A stretch of DNA of 63,997 bases, counting the filler, from Thermodesulfobacteriota bacterium (GTDB lineage: Bacteria > DASVDK01), in NCBI GenBank assembly GCA_036381125.1. It is 5 parts of 5 records of this genome, joined end to end, with 100 filler letters (N's around TTAATTAATTAA, not from the genome) between each part and the next. Parts side by side here need not be neighbours in the genome. Positions count along the whole stretch, not along the records: positions 10,836 to 37,107 come from DASVDK010000166.1; 4 more parts are not named here. The stretch is one strand, 5' to 3'. The translations under genes and the position numbers were made by a program. Position 1 is the first letter of the stretch. The number at the start of each line of letters is the position of its first letter. Of this stretch, positions 12,602 to 24,055 are shown one piece after another. The notes beneath the pieces are model-generated. The model made no database searches. It was not told the origin of the DNA and saw only the letters and a program-made list of their open reading frames with translations.

Positions 12602-15600
12602 GCTTCCTCAACCCCGCCGCACTCTGGCTCCTCGCCGCCATCCCCGCCATCGTGGCCCTGTACTTCCTCCGCTTCCGGCGCCCCGAGCGCCGCGTCGGCT
12701 CCACGCAGTTCTGGCGGACCGATCGGGCGGAGCGCGACTCGAACAGCTTCTTCCGGCGCTGGCGCCCCACGCGTCAGCTCTGGCTGCAACTGCTCGCGCT
12801 GGCCGCCGTGGCGCTGGCCCTCGCGCGGCCGGCCGTCGAGAGCCCCCGCGGCGGCGGGGCGCGCGAGATCCTGATCCTCGACCGCGGCGTGACCATGCAG
12901 GCGACCGACGTGTCGCCGTCGAGGTTCGAGCGCGCTCGCGCCGACCTCCTCGCGCGCCTCGACCGCCTCGCGCCGGGCCAGGAGGCGATGATCATCGAGG
13001 CGGGGCCCCGCGCGCGCGTCCTGGCGCACTTCACGGACGACGTCGCCGCGCTGCGGCGGGCCGTCGCCGGCGTCCGGCCGTCGGGCGCGCCGTCGGACGT
13101 GGCCGGCGCGCTGGCCATCGCCGTCGCCCATGCCGAGCCGCTCACGGCCGCCGACCTCGTCCTCTTCACCGACCGGGCGTGGCCCGACTTGACGAATCCG
13201 CAGCTCGGGGCCGACCTGGCGACCCTCAAGGGGCGCGTCCGGCTCTCGGTCGTCGAGCCGCCCGGCGCGGGACCGGGCCGCAACGTCGGCATCACCGCGA
13301 TGGAGGTGCGGCCGCGCTACGACCACGCGGCGGCGTACGAGCTGTTCGTGGCGGTCACGAACACGAGCCACGAGGACGCGGTCTTCACGCTCGGGATCAC
13401 GCAGGAGGGCCGGCGCCTCAGCGCCGAGCCGGTCCGCCTCGGGCCGCAGACCAGGCGCGCGTTCGTGATCCCGGTGGAGGGGAGGGGCGGCAGCCGCATC
13501 GAGGCGCGCCTCGACCTCGCCGACGACCTGGCGGCGGACAACGTGGCGTACGCGGTCATCCCGGCGCCGGTGCGCCTGGAGGTGGCGCTCGTCTCGCGCG
13601 GCAACGCCTTCCTCGAGAAGGCGCTGGCGGCCGACCCTCGCCTGAACGTCCAGGTCTTCGAGCCGGACGCCTACCCGGGCCCCGCCGACTTCGACGTCGT
13701 GATCCTCGACGACGTGCTGCCCGAGCGCCTGCCGCCCGGCCGGTACCTCTTCATCAACCAGGCCCCCGCGGCGTTCGTGCAGAACCTCGGCACCGTGGAC
13801 GCGCCGCCGGTGCTCGACTGGGACCGCGCCCACCCCCTCCTCAGGCACGTCGACCTCTCGCGCCTGCTCATCAAGGAGGCGAGGAAGGTCCGCCCGCTCA
13901 CGGGAGCCCGGACGCTGGTCGAGTCGAGCCTCACGCCGCTCGTCCTCGCGTACGACGGCGAGGGCGTGCGATGGGTCTACGTCGGCTTCGACGTCCAGGC
14001 GAGCGACTTCCCGCTGCGGGTCGGCTTCCCGCTCTTCGTCTCGAATGCGGTGCGCTGGCTCAGGCCGACGCTCGGCGACTCCGGGAGCCACCAGCTCGCC
14101 GCGGGCGCCGCGGTGGCCTTCCCGCTCCCGAAGGGGGCGGTCGAGGCCGCCGTGACCGACCCCGCGGGGGCGCGGCGCACGGTGGAGGTCGTCGACGGCG
14201 CGCTCCGGCTGCCGCCGCTCGAGGCGACCGGTGTCTACAGCTACCAGGTGCGCGGCCGCGACGCCCGGGGCGACCTCGGCCGCTGGACGGGCGAGACCCG
14301 ATTCGCCGTGAACCTCGCCAGCGAGGCCGCCTCGAACCTCGCCCATCGCGGACGGCTGCCGGCCGAGGCCGAGGGCCTCGACACGCTCGGCGCCTACGAG
14401 ACGCCGCCCGGGCCGGTGCGCCGGGAGCTGTGGCACTGGGCGCTCGCCGCGGCGCTTGCCGCGATCCTGGTCGAGACCTGGCTCGAGTGGCGGCGCAGCT
14501 CCGGCCGGCCGACCGCCGTGTCGATGGCGCTCAGGGGCGCCGCCGTGGTGCTCCTCCTCCTGGCCGTCGGCGGCGTCGCGGTGCCGTTGCCGGACGACCG
14601 CCTCTCGGTCGTCTTCCTCGTCGACGAGTCGCAGAGCATCGCCCCGGTGATGCGCGAGCGGGCGGCCGGTTTCGTGCGCGAGCAGGTCGCCCGCATGCGA
14701 CCCGACGACCGCGCGGCCGTCGTCGGCTTCGGCGCCGGGGCGCGCCTGCGCGTGCCGCTCCAGACCAGGCCGAACGTCGACGCCTGGGGCGGCGCCGAGG
14801 TGGACCCGACCGCCACCGACATCGAGGCGGCCATCCGCCTCGGGCTCGCCACCTTCCCCGACGCCGGCGCCAGGCGACTGGTCCTCCTGTCGGACGGCAA
14901 CGAGACGCGCGGCCAGCTCCTCGAGGGGGCGCGGCTCGCGCGCGACGAGGGGGCCGACCTCCTCGTGCTGCCGCTCAGGCCGCCGGGGGCCGACGAGGTG
15001 CTCGTCGAGTCGGTGGTCGTGCCGCGCGAGGTCAAGGCGGGCGAGTCCTTCGACGTGAAGGTCGTGCTGCGCAGCCGCCAGGCCGGGCGCGGCCGGCTGT
15101 CGCTCTACCGCAACGGCGAGTACCTCGGGTCGCGGACCGTGCCCTACGGCTCCGGCGCGACGGTCTTCGGCTTCGGCCAGTCGCTCGAGCCCGAGGGCTT
15201 CCACGTGTACACGGCGCGCCTCGAGCCGGAGGCGGACCAGGTCATCGAGAACAACGCCGCCGTCGGCGTGACCGCGGTCCACGGGCGGCCGGCGGTGCTC
15301 CTGGTCGAGCGCGACCTCGACCAGGCGCACCACATCCAGCGCGCGCTCCGGCGCCAGGGGATCGACGTCGACGTCGTCGCCCCCGGCCGCCTCCCGCCGC
15401 TGCGCAGCGGGTCCCGCCGCTACGACGGGGTCGTGCTGTCGAACGTCTCGGCGCTCAACCTCTCGCGCGACGACATGGAGGAGATACGCTCGTTCGTTCG
15501 GGACGACGGCGGCGGGCTCGTCATGCTCGGCGGGGACGAGTCGTTCGGCCTCGGCGGCTACTACCGCACCCCCATCGAGGAGGCGCTTCCCGTCTCCATG

Positions 15601-17052
15601 GAGTCGCGGCAGAAGGTCGACATGCCGAACCTCTCGGTCATCATCGTCATCGACAAGTCGATGAGCATGGACATCCGCAAGGCGGGGGAAGCCTCCAAGC
15701 TCGATCTGGCGAAACTCGCCGCGCAGTACGCGGTCGAGCTCATGGACGCGCGCGACGAGGTCGGGGTGATCACCTTCGACGAGACGTGGGAGTGGCAGGT
15801 GCCCTTCCGCCGGCTCGGCCAGAAGGACGAGGTGCTGCGCGGGATCGGCGCCATCAAGACCGGCGGCGCGACCGAGATGTTCGCCGCCATGCGAGAGGCG
15901 ATCAACACGGTCAAGACCGGCCGGGGTGCGCTCAAGCACGTCATCCTGCTCACGGACGGCCAGTCGACGGCCGGCGACTTCCTCTCGCTCGCCCGCGACG
16001 CGGCGGCGGCGCGGGTGACCGTGTCGTCGGTCGCCATCGGCAAGGACGCGGCCGTGAGCCTCATGCGCGACATCGCCTTCGAGGGGAACGGCCGCTTCTA
16101 CTTCGTCGAGGAGCCGACCGAGGTGCCGCGCATCTTCACGCGCGAGACGCAGCTCGCGACGAAGACCGCGCTCATGGAGGAGCCGTTCCGCGCCATCCCC
16201 GTGCAGCCGGGGCACGAGGTCCTGCAGGGCATCGACTGGGCCAAGGCGCCCCCGCTCGGCGGCTACGTGGCGACGACGCCCAAGCCGACGGCCGACGTGC
16301 TGCTCGTGACCCCCCACCAGGATCCGCTCCTCGCGGTGTGGCGGTACGGCCTGGGGCGGGCCGCCGCCTTCACGTCGGACGCGAAGGCGAAGTGGGGCTT
16401 CTTCTGGCTCTCCTGGCCCCAGTTCCCCAAGGCGCTCGGCCAGATGGTGCGATGGACGCTCCGGACCCAGAAGCCGAAGACCCTGTCCGCCCAGGTGGAG
16501 GTGGAGGGGACCCAGGGCGTCCTGCGCATCGACGCGGTCGACACCGCGGGCCGACTCGTGAACTTCGCGGAGATCCAGGCCGGGATCGTGAGCCCCGACA
16601 AGCAGCTCTCGGTGGTCGACGTGGCCCAGGTGGCGCCCGGACGCTACGAGGCCCGCTTCGACGCCCGGCAGACCGGCGCGTACCTCATCGGGATCGACCC
16701 GCGCGTGCCGGCCGCCGCGCAGAACGCGCGGCCCGGCGCCGCGCGGGCGAGCGGCCGCGCCACGGCGGAGAGCCAGATCGCGAGCCTCGTCGTGCCCTAC
16801 CCCAGGGAGCTGCGCGACCTCGGGGCGAACGAGCCGCTCCTCGCGAGCGCGGCGCAGCTCGGCGGCGGCGGGGTCCTGACCGACCGGTGGGCCGACATCG
16901 ACGTCTTCGGCCTCGACCGCAAGCCGCGGACGCAGCCCGTGGAGGTGTGGTGGGCGGCCGCCTCGCTCGGCCTCGCCCTCTTCCTGATCGACGTCGTGCT
17001 GCGGCGTATCGGGGCGGTTCGGCGCCGGCGGCTCGCCGAGCGGCCGGCGTAG
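12598..17052 (+). CDS. 1484-aa membrane protein: BatA-like N-terminus, three VWA domains and GATase-like domains
   Basis: MSFLNPAALWLL...LLALAAVALALARP (BatA-type); VWA motifs LDRGVTM, VDESQS, IDKSMS and LLSDG/LLTDG; GGGLVMLGG..SFGLGGY; internal and C-terminal TMs. Confidence 0.88.
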   Translation: MSFLNPAALWLLAAIPAIVALYFLRFRRPERRVGSTQFWRTDRAERDSNSFFRRWRPTRQLWLQLLALAAVALALARPAVESPRGGGAREILILDRGVTMQATDVSPSRFERARADLLARLDRLAPGQEAMIIEAGPRARVLAHFTDDVAALRRAVAGVRPSGAPSDVAGALAIAVAHAEPLTAADLVLFTDRAWPDLTNPQLGADLATLKGRVRLSVVEPPGAGPGRNVGITAMEVRPRYDHAAAYELFVAVTNTSHEDAVFTLGITQEGRRLSAEPVRLGPQTRRAFVIPVEGRGGSRIEARLDLADDLAADNVAYAVIPAPVRLEVALVSRGNAFLEKALAADPRLNVQVFEPDAYPGPADFDVVILDDVLPERLPPGRYLFINQAPAAFVQNLGTVDAPPVLDWDRAHPLLRHVDLSRLLIKEARKVRPLTGARTLVESSLTPLVLAYDGEGVRWVYVGFDVQASDFPLRVGFPLFVSNAVRWLRPTLGDSGSHQLAAGAAVAFPLPKGAVEAAVTDPAGARRTVEVVDGALRLPPLEATGVYSYQVRGRDARGDLGRWTGETRFAVNLASEAASNLAHRGRLPAEAEGLDTLGAYETPPGPVRRELWHWALAAALAAILVETWLEWRRSSGRPTAVSMALRGAAVVLLLLAVGGVAVPLPDDRLSVVFLVDESQSIAPVMRERAAGFVREQVARMRPDDRAAVVGFGAGARLRVPLQTRPNVDAWGGAEVDPTATDIEAAIRLGLATFPDAGARRLVLLSDGNETRGQLLEGARLARDEGADLLVLPLRPPGADEVLVESVVVPREVKAGESFDVKVVLRSRQAGRGRLSLYRNGEYLGSRTVPYGSGATVFGFGQSLEPEGFHVYTARLEPEADQVIENNAAVGVTAVHGRPAVLLVERDLDQAHHIQRALRRQGIDVDVVAPGRLPPLRSGSRRYDGVVLSNVSALNLSRDDMEEIRSFVRDDGGGLVMLGGDESFGLGGYYRTPIEEALPVSMESRQKVDMPNLSVIIVIDKSMSMDIRKAGEASKLDLAKLAAQYAVELMDARDEVGVITFDETWEWQVPFRRLGQKDEVLRGIGAIKTGGATEMFAAMREAINTVKTGRGALKHVILLTDGQSTAGDFLSLARDAAAARVTVSSVAIGKDAAVSLMRDIAFEGNGRFYFVEEPTEVPRIFTRETQLATKTALMEEPFRAIPVQPGHEVLQGIDWAKAPPLGGYVATTPKPTADVLLVTPHQDPLLAVWRYGLGRAAAFTSDAKAKWGFFWLSWPQFPKALGQMVRWTLRTQKPKTLSAQVEVEGTQGVLRIDAVDTAGRLVNFAEIQAGIVSPDKQLSVVDVAQVAPGRYEARFDARQTGAYLIGIDPRVPAAAQNARPGAARASGRATAESQIASLVVPYPRELRDLGANEPLLASAAQLGGGGVLTDRWADIDVFGLDRKPRTQPVEVWWAAASLGLALFLIDVVLRRIGAVRRRRLAERPA

Positions 17053-17247
17053 GGGCGCGCGGCCCGCAGTCGCGCTACGTGCCGGCGGCTCGGCGCCAGC
17101 CAGCCGCGAGCGAGAGCAGGCGCGGCAGGCGCGTCTCCGGGTAGCCGGGCCGCGCCTCACGGTAGCGGCCCGCGACAGGGTCGAAGGACCGGGCGCACTC
17201 GATCGCCGAGCGGTCCGCCTCGGCCCGCGGTGCGGCGTCGCGCCGAG

Positions 17248-18252
<1,005 letters not shown>

Positions 18253-18293
18253 GGGTGAATCTTAGCAGGCGTGCGGTACGATTGAGCGGCACC

Positions 18294-20216
18294 ATGTCCG
18301 ACGCCAACGCCGCCCTCGACGCGAAGCTCGCCGCCCTCCCGACCGAGCCCGGCGTCTACCAGTTCAAGGACGCCAGGGGACAGGTCCTGTACGTGGGCAA
18401 GGCCAAGAGCCTGCGCCATCGGGTCCGCTCGTACTTCCAGCGGAGCGCGGAGGGGAGCCTCGACCCCAAGACGGCCGCCCTGATGTCGCACGTCGCGGAC
18501 CTCGAGACGCTCGTCGTGCGGAGCGAGAAGGAGGCGCTCCTGCTCGAGGCGAACCTCATCAAGACGCACCGCCCCCGCTACAACATCGTCCTGCGCGACG
18601 ACAAGCAGTACCTGCACCTGCGCCTCGACCTGACGGCGCGGTTCCCCCGCCTGCAGCTCGTCCGCAAGCCGCGGCGCGACCAGGCGCTCTACTTCGGGCC
18701 GTTCGCCTCGGCCTGGAGCGCGAGGCAGACGGAGCGCGCGCTCCACCGGTTCATCCCCATCCGCTCCTGCAACGACTTCAAGTTTCGCAACCACCGCACC
18801 CGTCCCTGCCTCGAATACCAGATCAAGCGGTGCGCGGGCCCCTGCTGCGGCCTGATCGACGAGGCCGCCTACCGGGAGCTGGTCGAGCAGGCGCGCCTCT
18901 TCCTGTCGGGGCGCAGCGAGGAGCTGACGGAGCGCTTCCGGGCGAAGATGGCCGCGGCGGCCGAGGCGCTCGACTTCGAGACGGCGGCGCGCATCCGCGA
19001 CCAGATCGCGGCGATCGACGCGACGCTCGAGCGCCAGCAGGCCGCCTCCACCTCCTTCGCGGACCAGGACGTGATCGGCCTCTACCGCGAGGGGAGCGAC
19101 GTCGAGGTCCGGGTGCTCCGCGTGCGTGAGGGGAAGCTCGTCGGCGCCGACCGCGTGGCGGTGCCGCGCACCGAGGCGGCCGACGCCGAGATCGTGGAGG
19201 CGGTCCTCAGCCAGTACTATCACCCCGGCCGCTTCATTCCGGCCGAGGTCCTGATCCCGATGGACCTCGAGGACCGCGAGGCGCGGGCGGAGGTGCTCTC
19301 GGAGCGCAAGGGCCGGCGGGTGCACGTGCTGGCGCCCGAGCGGGGTGAGAAGGCGCGCCTGGTCGCCCTCGCCCGGGAGAACGCCGCGCACGCCTTCCGC
19401 GAGGAGCGCGCCCTGAAGGCGCAGGACGAGGCGCTCCTCGAGGAGCTGGCGCGCCGCCTCGCGCTGCCCCGTCCGCCGCGCCGCATCGAGGGCTACGACA
19501 TCTCGAACACGATGGGCCGGCAGTCGGTCGGCTCGATGGTGGTCTTCGAGCACGGGACGCCGGCGCGCAAGGGCTACCGGCGCTTCCGCATCAAGACGGT
19601 CGAGGGGGCGAACGACTTCGCGAGCCTCTACGAGGTGCTCCGCCGCCGCTTCCGGCCGGACGGCAAGGACGCCGACGTGCGGCCCGACCTGATCCTGATC
19701 GACGGCGGCAAGGCCCAGCTCGGCGCCGCCGTCGAGGCGCTGAAGGACGCCGGCCTCCAGGTGGGGGGCGAGGACGGCGTCGCCGTGCTCGCGCTGGCGA
19801 AGGACCGGTTCGTCGGCAGCCGGCGCCGCGTCGGCCGGGGCATGGCCGGAAGCCCCGGCGAGACGACGACCGGCGAGCGGATCTTCCTGCCGGGGCGCGA
19901 CGAGCCGCTCCTGCTGCCGCCGACGTCGTCCGCCCTGTTCCTCCTCGAACGGGTGCGCGACGAGGCGCACCGGTTCGCCATCACCTACCATCGCGAGCTG
20001 CGCCGGCGCCGGGCGCTCCGGTCGGTGCTCGAGGAGATCCCGGGCATCGGCGCGGCGCGACGCCGGGCGCTCCTCGCGCACTTCGGCAGCGTGCGGCGCG
20101 TGAAGGGGGCGACGCCGGAGGAGCTGGCCGCCGTGCCGGGACTCGACGCGCGCAGCGCTCGCGAGGTCTACAGCTTCTTCCACGGCGAGAAGCCGGCCGC
20201 GACCTTCGAGGCGTAG
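18294..20216 (+). CDS. uvrC: Excinuclease ABC subunit C
   Basis: GIY-YIG (PGVY...LYVGKAKSL), RIEGYDIS, PDLILIDGG, RDEAHRFA, HhH motifs. Confidence 0.97.
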   Translation: MSDANAALDAKLAALPTEPGVYQFKDARGQVLYVGKAKSLRHRVRSYFQRSAEGSLDPKTAALMSHVADLETLVVRSEKEALLLEANLIKTHRPRYNIVLRDDKQYLHLRLDLTARFPRLQLVRKPRRDQALYFGPFASAWSARQTERALHRFIPIRSCNDFKFRNHRTRPCLEYQIKRCAGPCCGLIDEAAYRELVEQARLFLSGRSEELTERFRAKMAAAAEALDFETAARIRDQIAAIDATLERQQAASTSFADQDVIGLYREGSDVEVRVLRVREGKLVGADRVAVPRTEAADAEIVEAVLSQYYHPGRFIPAEVLIPMDLEDREARAEVLSERKGRRVHVLAPERGEKARLVALARENAAHAFREERALKAQDEALLEELARRLALPRPPRRIEGYDISNTMGRQSVGSMVVFEHGTPARKGYRRFRIKTVEGANDFASLYEVLRRRFRPDGKDADVRPDLILIDGGKAQLGAAVEALKDAGLQVGGEDGVAVLALAKDRFVGSRRRVGRGMAGSPGETTTGERIFLPGRDEPLLLPPTSSALFLLERVRDEAHRFAITYHRELRRRRALRSVLEEIPGIGAARRRALLAHFGSVRRVKGATPEELAAVPGLDARSAREVYSFFHGEKPAATFEA

Positions 20217-20222
20217 GCGGGC

Positions 20223-21260
20223 CTACCTCGGCTGCGGCGTGCGCCCGGTCGCGTCCGGGGTGTCGTCCTGCCGGCCTTGCGACCCTTGCCGCTGCCGTGC
20301 ACGGACCTGGTCGCAGTTCAGGTGCTCCTGGATCTGGCCGAGGTCGGCCTCCGGGCCGGTGCCCGATCGGGACGTCGGGGGGCCGAGGCCGGCCGCCGCC
20401 TCGCGGGTGGCCTCGATGCGGTCGGCCGTGACAGGGTGGCTCGAGAGGAGCGCGGCCAGCACCCCCGGTCGCTCCGGCTCCTCTGCCTGCAGCTTCTCGA
20501 AGAACGAGGCGACCGCCTGGGGGTCGTACCCGGCCCGGTGCAGGTACTGGACGGCCAGGTCGTCGGCCTCGCGCTCGTGGTCGCGGCTGTACTTGAGCAG
20601 GTAGCCCTGCGCGGCGAGCTGGGCCGGGACGGCGGCGGCCGGGGAGACCGTGCCGGGGTCCTGGCCGAGGAGGATGCTGAGGAGCGCCGCCCCGCCGAGG
20701 GCGACCGCCTGGGTCTGCTGCTGCGCCGTCATCTGCGTGATGGCGTGCCGCCTGGCCGCGTGGCCGATCTCGTGTCCCATCACGCCGGCGAGCTCGTCCT
20801 CGCTCTCGGCCAGGCAGATGAGCCCCGTGTTCACGTAGAGGTGGCCGCCCGGGATCGCGAACGCGTTGACCTGGGGGGTCTCGACGACGTCGAACGTGTA
20901 GTCGAACTGCGTGAGGTCGTTCGCCCGCACGAGCCGCTCGCCGACCTGTCGAATGTAGTTGACGACGACCGGATCTCGTGAGATCTCCATGGACCGCTCG
21001 ACCTCCGCCTGCGCCTCCTTGCCGAGCCGGCGCTCCTCCTGGAGCGACATGGCCGGGCCGCCGAAGGTGGCGCAACCGGGGGACGAGAGCAGGCACACGA
21101 CGGCCAGCGTCCCGAGCACGCGGGCGAGCGGCCTCGTCGTCGGCCGGCAGCGCCGGCCGCGGCGCACCGCAGGCGCGGGTGGAGCGGAGCCCGGCTTCGC
21201 GCCGGGCGGTGCGCAAGCGGGCCGCGAGCCGTCGTCGAAGGCCCGGATCTGGAGCGCCAT
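20223..21260 (-). CDS. M48 family zinc metalloprotease (BepA/YfgC-like), probably a lipoprotein; start uncertain (21260 or GTG 21119)
   Basis: VNAFAIPGG, HEIGH (HEXXH), YSRDHEREAD, SSHP; hydrophobic stretch ending in PGC. Confidence 0.9.
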   Translation of the reverse strand: MALQIRAFDDGSRPACAPPGAKPGSAPPAPAVRRGRRCRPTTRPLARVLGTLAVVCLLSSPGCATFGGPAMSLQEERRLGKEAQAEVERSMEISRDPVVVNYIRQVGERLVRANDLTQFDYTFDVVETPQVNAFAIPGGHLYVNTGLICLAESEDELAGVMGHEIGHAARRHAITQMTAQQQTQAVALGGAALLSILLGQDPGTVSPAAAVPAQLAAQGYLLKYSRDHEREADDLAVQYLHRAGYDPQAVASFFEKLQAEEPERPGVLAALLSSHPVTADRIEATREAAAGLGPPTSRSGTGPEADLGQIQEHLNCDQVRARQRQGSQGRQDDTPDATGRTPQPR

Positions 21261-21317
21261 CGCGTGAGGTCTCCCGAGTCGCACTCTCCGCAGGTCCCTG
21301 CACGGGGAGCAAGCGCC

Positions 21318-23870
21318 GTGCCACGACCGGGGCGGCCGGTGGTCTGGCTGCTCGGCGGCTACGTCGCCGGCCTGGTTGCCGCGCGGGCGCTGCCGATCGG
21401 GCCCGACCCGTTCTGGCCGCTCGTGCTCGCGCTGGTGGCCATCGCGGCGGTGGGGGGGCTCCTCTACTGGGTGATCGACTGGCGCGAGGAGGCGCCCTGG
21501 GCGCGAGACGCGCGGGTGACGCGGCTCGTGCCGCCGGCCGTCGCCGTCGCGGCCTTCGCCCTCGGCGCCATCTCGCTCGCGGCGGAGCTGCGCCCCCGCC
21601 TCGAGCCGTTCCACGTCGCGAGGCTGGTGGAGGAGGCGGGCGGGCGGCTGCGCGCGACGGTCGAGGCGCGCGTGCTGAACGTGGAGCGGACCGGCGCCGG
21701 CGGCGCGGCGATGCTCGTCGAGGCGCTGGCGGTCGAGACGGGCGAGGGGCGGGGCCGCGCCGCGGGGCGCGTCCTCGTGCGCGTCGAGCGGGCCTCGGGG
21801 GTGCGGCCCGCGCCGGGCGATCGGGTGCGATTCACCGCGAGCCTTCGCTTCCCCCGCAGCTTCCGCAACCCGGGAGGCTACGACGCGCGGGCGCAGCTCG
21901 CCCTTCGCCAGGTGCGGGTGGTGGGCGTCCTCCGGGACCTCGGCGAGGTGACGCGCCTGGCGCCGGGCGGCTTCCGCGTGCGCACCGCGATCGAGGCGAT
22001 GCGCGACCGTGTCCGGGACGGCATCGAGACGGCGGTCCGCGGCCCGGCGGCCGAGGTGCTGCGCGCCCTCGTCCTCGGCGAGGACGACGACATCCCGCGC
22101 CACGTGCGCGACGCCTTCCAGGCGACCGGCGCCTACCACGTCCTCTCGATCAGCGGCCTCCACATGAGCCTCGTGGCGGCGGCGGCGTTCGCGACGACGC
22201 TGCTTCTGGCCGGCCCGCTGCTCGCGCGCCTCGCCCCGACGCTGGACGCGCGCCGGGCGGCGGCGCTGGCCGCGCTCGCCCCGGTCGGCCTCTACGTGCT
22301 CCTCGCCGGCGCCGGCATCGCGGCCGTGCGGGCGGCGCTCATGGCGGGCGCGGTGCTGATCGCGCTCGCCCTCGGCCGCCGCATCGACCTCTGGAGCGCG
22401 ATGGCGCTCGCGGCGCTGCTCGTGCTCGGCTTCCAGCCCGGCGCGCTCTTCGAGCTGGGCTTTCTGCTGTCCTTCGGCGCGGTCGCCGCCATCCTCCGGC
22501 TCGCGCCCTGGCTCCTCGAGCAGGCCGGCATCGCCGACCTGGTGTCGGCCGCGCGGTCCGAGGGGGCCTGGCCGACGCGGCTCTGCCGCCGGGCCGGCGG
22601 GTGGGCTGCCGGGTCGATGGTGGTCTCCGCAGCGGCCGGACTCGGCACCGGCCCGCTCCTCGCGGCGGCCTTCGGCCGGCTGATGCCCTGGGCGCCGGTC
22701 GCCAACCTCGTGGTCGTGCCGCTGGTCGGCGGCGTCGCCGTGGCGCTCGGCCTCCTCGGGGCGAGCCTCGCGCTGGTCCATCCGCCCGCCTCGGCCCTGG
22801 TGTTCCAGGGCGCGGCGGGGCTCCTCGACCTGGCGATCGGGGCGACGGCCGTCATGGCGGAGTGGCCCGGCGCCTCGGTGCGGGTCCCCTCGCCGTCGCC
22901 CTGGGAGGTCGCGCTCGCCTACCTCGGCCTCTGGCTCTTGCCGGCGGCCTGGCCGGCGCGGGCCGCGGGCCGCGGGGGCGTCCCGAGCCTGGGACCGTGG
23001 GCCGCGCGCACCGGCGTCCTCGGCGTCGTCGTCTGCCTGGCCGTGGCCGGCGTCGTGCGGGCGTGGCCGCCGCCGGCGGGGACGCTGCGCCTGACGGCGC
23101 TCGACGTCGGAGCCGGGGAAACCGCCCTTCTCGAGCTGCCGGGCGGCGAGCGGCTGCTCGTCGACGGCGGAGCCGCCTTCGAGGGGGGCTTCGACGTCGG
23201 GGAGCGGGTCGTCACCCCGTTCCTCGTGGGGCACGGCATCCGCCGCGTCGACGTGCTCGTCCTGGTGCAGCCGGAGCCCGACCGGCTCGGGGGGCTCGCC
23301 GCCGTCGCGCGTGCGCTGCCGATCGGCGAGGTCTGGCTGCCGCCCGGCTTCCCCCAGATCCCCGGCGAGCTGGGGCGCGTCCTCGCCGACCGGCGCGTGC
23401 CGATCATCGTGCGGCGCGAGGGGGACCCGGTGGGCCCCTTCGGGCCCGTGACGCTGTCGATCCTGCCGAGCCACGCACGGCTCGCCTTCCGCGTGGCCTA
23501 CGAGGACGTGGCCATCGTCTTCCCGCCCGACGGGCCCGGGGTGCCGCCGCCTCGGGCATGGCGCCGCGGACCGGCCGCGCCGCCGCTCGGCGGCCGGCTC
23601 GCGACGATTCTCCACTGGCCGCGCTCCCCGCTGCCGAGGTACGGCCTCTCGCCCCTCCTCGAGACGCTCCGGCCGCAGGTCGTCCTCCTGACCGGCGAGG
23701 CGGGCCGGCGTGCGCTTCGCGAGCTGCCGGAGCTCATCGACGCCATCGAGCTCGGGGGAGCCCGCGCCCTCATCCCGGAGCGGGACGGGGCGGTGATCGT
23801 GACGACCGACGGCCACGGCGTCGAGGTCCGGACCGTCGGCCGGCTCGACCCACTGGAGGACGGCTTCTAG
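21318..23870 (+). CDS. comEC: ComEC/Rec2 DNA-uptake channel protein
   Basis: OB domain (RNPGGYD), competence domain (HVLSISGLH, FLLSF), C-terminal MBL-like fold (LDVGAG, LVDGG). GTG 21318 has a GGGGAG SD. Confidence 0.9.
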   Translation: MPRPGRPVVWLLGGYVAGLVAARALPIGPDPFWPLVLALVAIAAVGGLLYWVIDWREEAPWARDARVTRLVPPAVAVAAFALGAISLAAELRPRLEPFHVARLVEEAGGRLRATVEARVLNVERTGAGGAAMLVEALAVETGEGRGRAAGRVLVRVERASGVRPAPGDRVRFTASLRFPRSFRNPGGYDARAQLALRQVRVVGVLRDLGEVTRLAPGGFRVRTAIEAMRDRVRDGIETAVRGPAAEVLRALVLGEDDDIPRHVRDAFQATGAYHVLSISGLHMSLVAAAAFATTLLLAGPLLARLAPTLDARRAAALAALAPVGLYVLLAGAGIAAVRAALMAGAVLIALALGRRIDLWSAMALAALLVLGFQPGALFELGFLLSFGAVAAILRLAPWLLEQAGIADLVSAARSEGAWPTRLCRRAGGWAAGSMVVSAAAGLGTGPLLAAAFGRLMPWAPVANLVVVPLVGGVAVALGLLGASLALVHPPASALVFQGAAGLLDLAIGATAVMAEWPGASVRVPSPSPWEVALAYLGLWLLPAAWPARAAGRGGVPSLGPWAARTGVLGVVVCLAVAGVVRAWPPPAGTLRLTALDVGAGETALLELPGGERLLVDGGAAFEGGFDVGERVVTPFLVGHGIRRVDVLVLVQPEPDRLGGLAAVARALPIGEVWLPPGFPQIPGELGRVLADRRVPIIVRREGDPVGPFGPVTLSILPSHARLAFRVAYEDVAIVFPPDGPGVPPPRAWRRGPAAPPLGGRLATILHWPRSPLPRYGLSPLLETLRPQVVLLTGEAGRRALRELPELIDAIELGGARALIPERDGAVIVTTDGHGVEVRTVGRLDPLEDGF

Positions 23871-23967
23871 GGCCGTCCGGCCCGAATCGATCGGGGCTGG
23901 CGCCGCGTCAATGCCGCGGCCGGCTCGCATGGCCCCAGTGGCCGCCTCGATCCCCGCCACGTTCGAG

Positions 23968-23996
23968 TTGACACGCGCCGCGGCTCCGAGTAACTT
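23968..23996 (+). promoter_or_regulatory. sigma70-type promoter for the diguanylate cyclase
   Basis: TTGACA-N17-TAACTT. Confidence 0.6.
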
Positions 23997-24055
23997 CCCG
24001 GCCCTATACGCGGACCCGCCGCGCGGGCGCTGTAATCCGCAGCCACGGAGCCGAC

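Noticed and set aside
20223-23960. 1245-aa minus-strand ORF as one gene overlapping comEC
   Set aside because: Only the last ~300-345 aa are an M48 peptidase; the remainder is antisense to comEC.
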